64,000 bases of DNA from assembly GCA_965205025.1 (NCBI GenBank), contig CBDBFU010000031.1, positions 32,001 through 96,000 on the forward strand, written 5' to 3'. The notes under the pieces were generated by a model. The model was not told the origin of the DNA and searched no databases. It saw nothing but the letters and a program-made list of their open reading frames with translations. A program made the position numbers and the translations under genes. The DNA comes from Candidatus Poribacteria bacterium (GTDB taxonomy: Bacteria > Poribacteria > WGA-4E > WGA-3G). Below, in pieces: positions 9,532 to 19,563 of this stretch. The first letter of the stretch is position 1. The number at the start of each line of letters is the position of its first letter.

Positions 9532-10968
9532 ATGTCACAAACACCAAATATACTTTTTCTTCTAACTGATCAACAACGATACGATTCCTTAGGGTGTAAC
9601 GGGGCATCAATTTGCCAGACACCTGCAATTGATAGTATAGCAGCATCAGGAATGCGTTTTTCAAAGACATATACTCCAATTGCCCTCTGTTCCCCTGCTC
9701 GTGGTTCATTACTTACAGGATTATATCCACATAATCACGGACAACTCTCCAATATGGGTAACTTTAATGGCGTTTTTTCAGATCAAATTCTTGATAAACC
9801 TGCCTATCCTCAACTCCTTAAAGATAGTGGATATAATGTGTCATGTATAGGTAAATGGCATCTTGCTAAACAGGGAGACACTGAGTTTTGGGGTTATGAT
9901 AAGTGGCATCCCTATAATGAATGGCATCAAATGCTAAAAGAGGATGGTATTGATTATAGGATTGATCAAGATGCTGTACAACCCTATGAATGGGGAGGTG
10001 ATGCCCCCTTTTATGGCGAACTCCCACTTCCCGTTGATAAAACGATGGAAGCATGGACAGCTGATAAGACTATAGATCTTCTGAATGGATATAGAGACTC
10101 TGAAAAACCATTTATGATAGCTGCTAATTTTTTTGGTCCCCACTTCCCGTATGCTGTTCCTGAACCTTATTTATCAATGTATGACCCAGATTCAGTTGAA
10201 CGATGGGGTAACTTTGATGAATTGTTCATCAATAAACCTTTAATACAACAGAAAGAGATGTTAAGATGGAATTCAAGTCATCTGACTTGGGAAGATTGGC
10301 AAAAGGTTATTGCTGCATATTGGGGATTCTGTACCTTAATAGACGATCAAGTTCAACGAATATTAAATTCCCTTGAAGAAAATGGATTGAACGAAAATAC
10401 AATAGTTATCTTTTCTACTGATCATGGTGATATGCTTGGAAGCCATCGTCTATTTAACAAAGGATTCCACATGTATGAGGAAACACATCACATCCCATTG
10501 GTTATCAGATGGAATGAAGTCACTGCTCCAGGTACAACCTGTAATGAATTTGTTAATCTGGTTGATTTAATGCCAACCTTCTTAGAAATTGGGAATGCAC
10601 CTATACCTGATAATCTTGACGGGAGATCCATTGTGCCATTGCTCAAGGGTAATACAGTAGACGATTGGAACGATGATGTGTTCGCTGAATTCCACGGATA
10701 TGAACCGACTCTTGCAACAGTTAGGATGGTTCGGACTGATAATTGGAAATACGTATACAATCCATATAGTGAAGATGAACTTTATGATATGAAAAGTGAT
10801 CCACATGAACTTCATAACCTGGCTAATCATCTCGGTTTTAAACATGTATTACGCCGTATGAAAGACAGAATGGTGAAATGGTTACAAGAAACGAAAGATA
10901 ATATCGTAATGGAAGGTGGCTGGCAGAGCAACTCATTCGATTTACTTATCTCTGATCGTGAAAGATAA
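9532..10968 (+). CDS. Sulfatase (formylglycine-dependent, Cys type)
   Basis: PNILFLLTDQQR, CSPARGSLLTG, GKWHL, STDHG. Confidence 0.92.
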   Translation: MSQTPNILFLLTDQQRYDSLGCNGASICQTPAIDSIAASGMRFSKTYTPIALCSPARGSLLTGLYPHNHGQLSNMGNFNGVFSDQILDKPAYPQLLKDSGYNVSCIGKWHLAKQGDTEFWGYDKWHPYNEWHQMLKEDGIDYRIDQDAVQPYEWGGDAPFYGELPLPVDKTMEAWTADKTIDLLNGYRDSEKPFMIAANFFGPHFPYAVPEPYLSMYDPDSVERWGNFDELFINKPLIQQKEMLRWNSSHLTWEDWQKVIAAYWGFCTLIDDQVQRILNSLEENGLNENTIVIFSTDHGDMLGSHRLFNKGFHMYEETHHIPLVIRWNEVTAPGTTCNEFVNLVDLMPTFLEIGNAPIPDNLDGRSIVPLLKGNTVDDWNDDVFAEFHGYEPTLATVRMVRTDNWKYVYNPYSEDELYDMKSDPHELHNLANHLGFKHVLRRMKDRMVKWLQETKDNIVMEGGWQSNSFDLLISDRER

Positions 10969-10981
10969 GTAGGAATACAAT

Positions 10982-11731
10982 ATGCTGGAAGAATCAATCG
11001 AACATTTAGACACATTTGGATATTGTTTGATAGAAAATGCCATTCCTGCTGATTATGCTGTTGAAATGGCGGAAAAATACTACCAACTCCATCAAGATCC
11101 TGTCAATAGAGAGTATTTTCAAAATCCAAACGATGACTTGTATCAAACTCTCTTTGGTGTTGCTAATCTTGATGAGATGTGTTGGGATTGTATTGCTCAT
11201 CCACAAGTATTAGATGTTGTTCGACATTTTATTGGTGATAAAGTCCGTCTTGGAGAAGCATGTACAAAGTGGGTAAAACCGGGTGCTGGACCAGGGGGAA
11301 TTCATACAGATTCAACCCATGACTTACCTAAGAATCTCCCTGAAACACCTTGGATGATTAATACTATATGGATGATAACAGATTTTACTGTTGAAAATGG
11401 TGCCACTGTTGTTGTTCCATTCAGTCATAAATCAAGACGAAGACCGACAGGTGCAGATCTTTCTGAATGTATCCCTATCCCAATATCTGGGAAACGGGGT
11501 TCTGTTCTATTGTGGCAAGGAGGAACTTGGCATGGAAATGGAGCAAATACCTCAAATAACCAACATCGAATGGCACTGAATATTGCTTATTATCCTGCTT
11601 GGTGGAATCTCATGCGTGAAGGTGGACATCAACCCATTTATCCTGAAGTATATGAAAGAATGCCTGTGACACTTCAGGAACTGGTCAAACACAAAGTAGC
11701 AAAGCGGAGAGAAGACATTTACGAAAACTAA
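10982..11731 (+). CDS. Phytanoyl-CoA dioxygenase family (Fe/2OG) protein
   Basis: HTD...WHGNG facial triad, DFTVENGATVVVPFSH. Confidence 0.88.
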   Translation: MLEESIEHLDTFGYCLIENAIPADYAVEMAEKYYQLHQDPVNREYFQNPNDDLYQTLFGVANLDEMCWDCIAHPQVLDVVRHFIGDKVRLGEACTKWVKPGAGPGGIHTDSTHDLPKNLPETPWMINTIWMITDFTVENGATVVVPFSHKSRRRPTGADLSECIPIPISGKRGSVLLWQGGTWHGNGANTSNNQHRMALNIAYYPAWWNLMREGGHQPIYPEVYERMPVTLQELVKHKVAKRREDIYEN

Positions 11732-11755
11732 TACCAGTTCTATATACTAATCCCC

Positions 11756-12598
11756 TTACACTTTTTCAACAAAATCACAACCTTTTTGAAACCACTCTCT
11801 GAGAATTGTATTCTCATTATATGTACGTTTTGCTATATACCCACTTGCTTTCGTGAGATCTAAGGTTGTAGATATAACTGTATCACCAAAGAATCCTGCT
11901 TCTTCAATCACATTTCCATTCGGATGAATTATCTTCGAATTACCATGTGACGATCCTGGATCTCTTATATTATCAGGATTAGCAGGGGTGTTTGACATGA
12001 CAAGATATATCCCATTTTCGGTTGCACGGGAAATAGGCATTGCTCTATAAGCTGACAACTTTGCTTCAGAGAGTAATCCTGATTCACATGAACAGAAAAA
12101 GCATATCTTCGCTCCCATAGCTGCAGGAAGTTTTACTAATTCCGGATACCGTACATCATGACATATAATAAAACAACAATCTACACCAGCAAGTTCAACA
12201 ATAGGCAACTTTCCTGTATTATTCGTACACCATTTTTCACCAGCAAGGAACGTCTTTCCATATCTATATTTTAGAGTCCCTTGTTGATTAATTATAGCTA
12301 AGTCATTATGCCAATTCTCTCCATCATGGTGTGCTGATCCGACAATTACTGCAATATTATGTTGCCTTGCAGCCTCTGCAATTTTTGCTTCTGACTCTTT
12401 AAACGCTTGTGGAGAAATACTGTTCCAATAGTCGGTATCACAACAGTATCCAAACAGACATCCTTCAGGAAATGCAACTATTTCCATATCTTCATCAGCA
12501 CATATTTCTATATAATGTAGTACCTTTTCGGTACTCGTGTTAACATCTTTACTTGTAAGTAATTGACACGCTGCAACATTTATTCTACCATTCTTCAT
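11756..12598 (-). CDS. Carbon-nitrogen hydrolase (nitrilase superfamily)
   Basis: FPEG / YGK / ICHDVRYPE catalytic E-K-C. Confidence 0.9.
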   Translation of the reverse strand: MKNGRINVAACQLLTSKDVNTSTEKVLHYIEICADEDMEIVAFPEGCLFGYCCDTDYWNSISPQAFKESEAKIAEAARQHNIAVIVGSAHHDGENWHNDLAIINQQGTLKYRYGKTFLAGEKWCTNNTGKLPIVELAGVDCCFIICHDVRYPELVKLPAAMGAKICFFCSCESGLLSEAKLSAYRAMPISRATENGIYLVMSNTPANPDNIRDPGSSHGNSKIIHPNGNVIEEAGFFGDTVISTTLDLTKASGYIAKRTYNENTILREWFQKGCDFVEKV

Positions 12599-12613
12599 AT
12601 AGTTAATCCTTTT

Positions 12614-14233
12614 CTACATGTTTTGTGTAGACTTTTTCTTATATTTAATCAGTACAAAGAAGCCTCCGATTACTAAGATTGTATATGCTCCTATATAAAC
12701 CCATAAATGAATAAATCGGGCTAAAAATAACACTCCTACCAATAATGCTAATGCAAATGTATAGAGAATTATAGATAAACACCCAGAACCAATTTCACCT
12801 TCAACAACTTCTTCAGAAAGAGGAAGACCAGATTCTGGTTTTGGATATGTAGTTATAGATAAGAGAAGAAGTACTAAACCTGGTAATACATAGAAAATTC
12901 CATATATTCCCCAAAAGTAAGTAGATGCTAAAAATGCAATCAATGACCAAGGAATCAAAAGATTGAATAAAACTGTAGATTCTACACCTCGCCACATCGC
13001 AGCAGTATTACCATAAGGAGATAGAGAGAGTATCCAATTAGCTCTCCAATGTTGTGAATAACGAACTGCTTGTAAGAATCCAAGCGACATTGTCATTCCA
13101 AAATATCCATAAAATGCAATAAATCCAGGACTTAGACCCAAGGCATAATTGTATGTAATATATTCAATTGGATATATTTTCCGAATAAAGAATATTATGA
13201 ACATAATTAGCACAGGTAATGATCCAGCCCACACTTGACTAATGACTTTCTTGTCGCGACGCAGGTAAAGTGCACATAAGCAGAAACTCGCATAGGTTTC
13301 AGGAATTTTAAAAAATCTTGAAAGTATACTCTTTCTTATACGTAGCTTCTTCCTACTTCTATCTATGTTTTCCAAGAGAAATGCAAGATAAGCAGCATAA
13401 GTCTTGGCAATACTTCGAAGAGGAATCATTATCAATATAAGAGTTGATCCTAATGCAACTCCTGTAAGTAATAAATCCCTTTGAAAACCTGTTCTGTTGA
13501 TATTACTGACTACAAGTGAGACTATACCAGCAAACCAACCTATAGGTAGATAACTAAGGTATTTAACAATAGAATCATAATGTTCCTGGAAGAATTCAAT
13601 AGGAATTAAATAGAAACTAAGAGGAAATAAAATCGGCAAGAAAAATTGAGCCGATTTCGCGATTTTTTGTAACTTTCTAATTGAATATAGCTTTGTCAAA
13701 TATCCTGCAAACGCTGCCATCACACCAATTGTAAAAAAGCCTGATAAGAATGCAACTGGTAGATAGAAGATAGGAAAAAAATAACGGACACTTGTAAGAT
13801 CTTCCCCTTTTAAAAAGATGCCACACATTGAAGGGAAAAGATTTAAACAAAATAATAGGATGACGGACGATTTTAATATTTGCGTTAACTTCACCATAAA
13901 ATATGTTCGTGAGGATATTGGTGTATGTGCAATTACTTGATAATAAATAGGACTAAGAAGATTATCAAAATATGGAAGTCCCCACATTGCAACTATACCC
14001 ATCGACATTGAGACACCGATAATCGTGTAGATAAATACATCAATTCCTAAGAAAACAATAAGGGCAGAAAAAATACTTATGAAAAAACTAAAAACACAAT
14101 ATAGTGTCAGTGATAGTTTAGCAATACCTTGTTTTCCTTCATTGGCGCGGTCTTCAAGTACTCTTTCGTTATCCATCAAGAGTTTATAATGAACGGGATC
14201 TGCACCAAATCTAACAGCGAATTTTTCAAACAT
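12614..14233 (-). CDS. Putative ABC exporter permease
   Basis: About 12-14 TM segments; directly downstream of an ABC ATPase. Confidence 0.7.
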   Translation of the reverse strand: MFEKFAVRFGADPVHYKLLMDNERVLEDRANEGKQGIAKLSLTLYCVFSFFISIFSALIVFLGIDVFIYTIIGVSMSMGIVAMWGLPYFDNLLSPIYYQVIAHTPISSRTYFMVKLTQILKSSVILLFCLNLFPSMCGIFLKGEDLTSVRYFFPIFYLPVAFLSGFFTIGVMAAFAGYLTKLYSIRKLQKIAKSAQFFLPILFPLSFYLIPIEFFQEHYDSIVKYLSYLPIGWFAGIVSLVVSNINRTGFQRDLLLTGVALGSTLILIMIPLRSIAKTYAAYLAFLLENIDRSRKKLRIRKSILSRFFKIPETYASFCLCALYLRRDKKVISQVWAGSLPVLIMFIIFFIRKIYPIEYITYNYALGLSPGFIAFYGYFGMTMSLGFLQAVRYSQHWRANWILSLSPYGNTAAMWRGVESTVLFNLLIPWSLIAFLASTYFWGIYGIFYVLPGLVLLLLSITTYPKPESGLPLSEEVVEGEIGSGCLSIILYTFALALLVGVLFLARFIHLWVYIGAYTILVIGGFFVLIKYKKKSTQNM

Positions 14234-14234
14234 A

Positions 14235-15005
14235 CTAAGTAGTCTCAGTTATAATACGAAGAGCTTCGTTGGTTCTATCTTCAATACCTGTTGTCTCAGT
14301 GAGTTGAACAAAAATCTCATTCAATGCATCTTGGTTAGTTTGTTGTCTCAATTCTTCAACAGGTGCATCAGCAATTAATTTACCTTCATTGATAATTAGT
14401 ATACGGGGACATAGTGCTTCAGCCACCTCAAGGATATGTGTACAATAGAGAATTGTCATACCTAATTCTGCTAAACGTCTTAGCAACGACTTCAAAAACG
14501 TCACTGTAGTTACATCCAGATTAGTGAAGGGTTCATCAAAAAGCAAGACTTCTGGATTATGTAGTAAAGCACCCATTATTAGACATTTCTGACGCATTCC
14601 TTGTGAAAAACTACTGATTCTTTGATGAGCCTGTTCTTCCATTTCAAAAAGCTTGGTGAATTCAGTTATTTTATGTGTAATTAGGTGTTCCTTAAGATGA
14701 TATAACCGACCAATTAGTTGCAGATGTTCTACTAAAGTCAGATGCTCATATAATTGCGCTTCTTCAGGTATATAACCAACGCGTTGTTTTAGTTCTAATT
14801 GGTGGGTCTTTACGTTAAATCCTGCCACAGTAATATCTCCGGACGTTGATTCCAGAAGACCAACTAACATCTTCAATGTAGTGCTTTTTCCTGCTCCATT
14901 AGGTCCGAGATATCCAACCATTTCTCCATTTCCAATTGTAAAACTGATATCGTCTACTGCTATATTTTGCCCGTATTCTTTTGTTAAATTCAATACTTCA
15001 ATCAC
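14235..15005 (-). CDS. ABC transporter ATP-binding protein
   Basis: GPNGAGKST, FSQGMRQK, LLFDEP. Confidence 0.95.
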   Translation of the reverse strand: MIEVLNLTKEYGQNIAVDDISFTIGNGEMVGYLGPNGAGKSTTLKMLVGLLESTSGDITVAGFNVKTHQLELKQRVGYIPEEAQLYEHLTLVEHLQLIGRLYHLKEHLITHKITEFTKLFEMEEQAHQRISSFSQGMRQKCLIMGALLHNPEVLLFDEPFTNLDVTTVTFLKSLLRRLAELGMTILYCTHILEVAEALCPRILIINEGKLIADAPVEELRQQTNQDALNEIFVQLTETTGIEDRTNEALRIITETT

Positions 15006-15100
15006 TTCTCTATTCCCTGTATATGTTTGATTAGGATAATAATGACAACATATATCTTATATCATAAAATCACCTAAGTTTCCACTTATTGGAATACCTT

Positions 15101-15120
15101 GGGTGTAAAGTTTCTGGCAT
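15101..15120 (-). repeat. Copy of dispersed ATGCCAnnnACTTTACA motif
   Basis: Reverse complement ATGCCAGAAACTTTACACCC; related copies at 52554, 53177 and 58617. Confidence 0.6.
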
Positions 15121-15186
15121 AAACAAGCATAGAATCAATTTGTGCGGAATTTCAAGAGGAATCTAACAATTGTTCATGTTCTATCC

Positions 15187-15215
15187 TTGAATAATAGCAT
15201 AGGGTATGGTAATAT
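15187..15215 (+). promoter_or_regulatory. Putative sigma70 promoter of the 15275-24010 gene run
   Basis: TTGAAT-17 bp-TAATAT with extended -10 TG. Confidence 0.55.
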
Positions 15216-15274
15216 AGATATAGTAATTATTATGAATTATAAATAATATCTAATAAGCACCGGAGACCAAATGA

Positions 15275-18178
15275 ATGCCACGCTGGTTAGTTTTAATATT
15301 AATTTTTAATATCGGATTGACTTGGAATTTTACTGGCTTTACTCAACTATCACAAGAACAGACAAATCCATCTCAACCATCCAATGATAAGATATCATCC
15401 AAAATCTTATCTTCTAAACTTATTGGGAGAATCGTATGGGAAGGATTCGATCTCTCACATACAAATGTATCTGTATATCGTGATGATAAGTTTAGAGAAC
15501 TCTATACAAGTGGACTATCACTATCTTCTACCGGTAGTTTTGAATTAAATGTTGAACCAGGTAGATATTTTATAGTTGCTTATGTAGATCTTGATGGTTC
15601 AGGTAAGTTTGATGAAGGTGATGGATATGGTGTATTAGGGATCTCAGACTGGGAAGATCAAACACAAAAACATCAGGGGGTTGATGTTGGTGCAAACACT
15701 GAACTAAAAGGAATAGAAATTCAGATCACTGCACGTTTACAACGAATTGGTACTGGAAGAAAATTGGTTTCTGCTTCTAAATATCAACCCAGTGAATTTC
15801 AACAATTCAGGACAGAATTAAGCAAAGTAACATCTGGATGTCGTGGCATACTAAGATCTAAGTTAAACCTTACAGATATAAACCAACAGAAAATTGTCCT
15901 TGCTTATACAGATACATCTTGGAAATATAGAGCAGGCATATCTATTGTAGACAAAAGAGACTGGAACTTGGGAACTTCGATTGAAACCAGGGAAATATTA
16001 CTTGATGGCTATTTATGATAGGAATTCCAGTAACAGACTTGATGATGGTGATGTATTTGGGTTTTATGGTGTACCAGATATTAAAAACACAGGGCGCATT
16101 TCCAGTTCCTGTATTGATTCAACGTAACACATTCACTGAAAACTTAGAAATACATGCTAATGCTGTATATAATACAAAACCAAAAACAGACACTACAAAA
16201 ATCAATGCATATATTGCAGGTCGTGTTATACCTGTTCCAGAACCAGATAAAGAAGTACGTATAGAGGTATATCCCACTTCTGCCCTGGTTAATCCCGTTG
16301 CCAGTGGAATTGCAGACGAAGAAGGTAGATTCACATTTAAGTTACCAATTGGCAGATATTATATAATTGCAAATCATGATAAAGATGGTGATGGTCGATA
16401 TAGTAAAGGTGATACACTTGGTGGTTGGGGTACAAACTCTATTTCTACAATTCCACCAAAACTAATCGTCCTTGAAGAAGGTGAAACAAGAACAATCAAT
16501 ATTCAAATGAGTGCACAATATGATACGAATGGACAACTCACTGAATTAACTGTAGCAGATGAACCCTTTCTTCCAGGTAAATTTGGTGAGAGTGGTTTGG
16601 ACTGATGGAATCCCTGAAGGAAAAATGGGCAGTATAACAGGGAAGATTACATCATTTTTCTCTAATACACATATAACTATGAGAAGTCAGACTGAATCAA
16701 CAAACAATGATTTGCCTAAACCAGATGGTATACTTAGTCTTTCTACATCACCAAAATTCCGTAATCCAACATGGGTGCCACTCTTTTTAGATGAAGATGG
16801 ATCATTTCTTGTTGATGTTCAACCTGGTAAATATTACGTCATGGCTGTAGTTGATGTTAATAAGGATGGACAATCTGGTACATCAGATGGCATTGGTATA
16901 TTTGGTACACATCAACCCGTTAGAGGAAATCCAGCAACGATTACTGTTTTTCCAGGTAAAACTACATCACATGTAGATATTGATATTATGGCATCCTATG
17001 TGGATGAAAAAGGCACAATGGCGGAACTGTCTGATGGTGGTCAATGGAATATAGCAAGAATGTATGGTGAACCTGAGGATATGTTTAAGTATACACAGAA
17101 TGGGAAATCCGTTGAAGAATGGATGTATTGGACCAGAGGATTAGGCTTTACATTTGAAGCAGATGGATCTGGGTGGAAACTTAAAGAGAAAAAAGAATTC
17201 AAACCGAATTCAGATAATATACTACAAGATACTAAACAAACTGAAATAGAGAACAAAGATAACAACAATTTCAAGGATGATATTCCAATTAATGTAAACC
17301 CATCAACCTTCTCACTTGCTGCAGATAAGGTTTCTATATTTTATAGTCATGATGGTGTCTTATGGAGGATCGCTCCTTCCACAGGAATAATTCAGCCAGA
17401 TAATAAACAGGGTGAACAACTCTCCAAACTTATAGATTCGCGAGTTGCCCCTCTGGGTGCAGGTTTCAATCCATCAGTCTCTGACAATGGTGCATTGGTT
17501 TATCATGATCTTGATAACAATGTGATTCTTCAGGATGTTATTACAGGAAATAGAACAATTCTTTTAGATAGCCGTGAACTTGCTAATGATGTAACAATTT
17601 CTCCTGATGGTGAATATATCGCATATTCTTTATCTAAAAGTCCTGAACGTAGTCGTATTCTTATACGACATATCCGTACAGATAAGGTATTCCAAATTCC
17701 TTCAACAGCAATGGAAATGACGAACCCTTCATGGAGAAGAGATGGAAAAATGATTGCTTATGCTACTGCTGGCACAATCGAGAATCCAAACTCAAAGGAC
17801 AATAGAAATATTTATGCCTACGATCAAGTTAACAATAGTATAAAACCCGTAGTAATATCATCAGCAGATGATGCTGAACCTTCTTGGCATCCAACAGAAA
17901 CAAACATCCTTGCTTTCTCCAGAAGTAAAGATGGACAAACACGTCAAATATGGTTAGTAACCTATTCATCCGATGGAAAACCTACAGAAAGGAAAATCAC
18001 AGAAATGGGAGGAAGTAAACCTGTCTGGGTTCCATCTCAGGGAAGTTGGTTACTCTATGAAAACAATGGACAAATATGGACAGTTGATATCCATAATCTT
18101 GGCAGTGAATCACCATTAATGAGTAATGGTAAAGTTGTATTTGGCTATCAACCAGTAGCAATTATATCGGAGAAGTAA
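15275..18178 (+). pseudogene. Single secreted protein of about 966 aa (four repeats with DxDxxG loops + C-terminal TolB/PD40 propeller), split by three +1 frameshifts; pseudogene or sequencing error
   Basis: Repeat PG(R/K)Y(F/Y)xxAxxDxDxxG occurs four times, one copy in an unannotated frame at 15957-16085; shifts near 15953, 16083 and 16598; ISPDGEYIAY, NPSWRRDG and EPSWHP PD40 motifs. Confidence 0.75.
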
Positions 18179-18182
18179 AATC

Positions 18183-19496
18183 ATGTTAAAAAACAATTCG
18201 GTAATCTTTTTACTAATATTCTTTATATTTCTTGTAGTTGTTATCTCTAATGGATCAGCACAATTCTTACTTGTTCCAATGGATAACACCCAGACAAATC
18301 ATCTGAAGGCTTATGGATTAACTTACTGGGCATTAGATGTACCCCGCGAATATTCATGCTTTTGGTGGTTAAATTATCGTGGCGGGTCATTCGTTATACC
18401 CAATGCCCCAAATGTCAAAATACGGGCTATACAGATGGGAGTAACAGTGGAAGCAATGACTCGTGCTGAATATCAGACAATTAAAGATACTGTCATACAG
18501 ACAGAAAATATGGAGGAGATTCTATTAGAAAAAGCCCCTAAAATTGCCGTTTATGCTCCACCAGAAAAATCACCATATCAAGATCCATGGGATGATGCAG
18601 TCAAGATTGCTTTAGATTATGCGGATATTCCCTATGATCAAATTTGGGACTCAGATGTTCAAGAAGGATTATTACAAATAAAGGAATACGACTGGTTACA
18701 TTTACACCACGAAGATTTCACAGGACAGCACGGTAAGTTCCATGCATCCTTTTCAAGACAGGTATGGTATCAGCAACGTATAGCTCTTTTTGAAGAGGCA
18801 GCATCTGAAGCAGGATTTAAAAGAGTACCAAGACATAAAGGACAGACCGCATTAGATATAGCAAATTATGTCGCAAATGGAGGGTTTATTTTTGCTATGT
18901 GTTCTGCACCTGAAACTTTGGATATTGCATTGGCAACTAAGGGGGGTGAAATAGATATAGTTGACCCAGTGTTAGATGCATCCCCACTTGCACCAGATTT
19001 CCAGGAGAATTTGGATTATGACAATACTTTTGCCTTTGAGAATTTTACGCTCTATCCAAATCCTAATAGATATGAATTTTCTGATATAGATAATCCTAAT
19101 CCTGAACGCAGTCAACAAACAGGGGTAGAAGATTTCCAATTGTTTGAATTTTCTGCCAAACACGATCCTATTCCAACTATGTTAACTCAAAACCATGTTT
19201 CTGAAGTGCCGGGTTTTCTTGGGCAAACTACATCCTTCAACTTAGATAGGATCAATCCTTCCATAACTATTTTAGCTAAAATCGAAGGATCAAACTATGC
19301 AAAATATATACATGGAACATTAGGAAAAGGAACTTTTACTTTCTTGGGTGGACATGATCCAGAAGATTACCGACACCTTGTTGGGGAAGGCAAGATACCA
19401 ACAAATTTAGATTTACATAAACATTCACCTGGCTATCGTTTGATTTTAAATAACATACTATTTCCTGCCGCTCGTAAGAAACCACAAAAAACATAA
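18183..19496 (+). CDS. Conserved secreted protein with class I GATase-like fold (family often labelled 'asparagine synthetase B')
   Basis: Signal peptide; HLKAYG, NYRGGSF, HLHHEDFTGQ, FAMCSA, GGHDPEDY, GYRLILNN. Confidence 0.7.
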   Translation: MLKNNSVIFLLIFFIFLVVVISNGSAQFLLVPMDNTQTNHLKAYGLTYWALDVPREYSCFWWLNYRGGSFVIPNAPNVKIRAIQMGVTVEAMTRAEYQTIKDTVIQTENMEEILLEKAPKIAVYAPPEKSPYQDPWDDAVKIALDYADIPYDQIWDSDVQEGLLQIKEYDWLHLHHEDFTGQHGKFHASFSRQVWYQQRIALFEEAASEAGFKRVPRHKGQTALDIANYVANGGFIFAMCSAPETLDIALATKGGEIDIVDPVLDASPLAPDFQENLDYDNTFAFENFTLYPNPNRYEFSDIDNPNPERSQQTGVEDFQLFEFSAKHDPIPTMLTQNHVSEVPGFLGQTTSFNLDRINPSITILAKIEGSNYAKYIHGTLGKGTFTFLGGHDPEDYRHLVGEGKIPTNLDLHKHSPGYRLILNNILFPAARKKPQKT

Positions 19497-19563
19497 ACTA
19501 TAGGTTTTTATTCACTCACCCCAATTACCAAAAACAAATAATCATGATTAAGTTATCATAACA

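Noticed and set aside
15950-16605. Programmed ribosomal frameshifting in the TolB-like gene
   Set aside because: Three successive +1 shifts without canonical slippery sites or stimulators; indel error or decay is simpler
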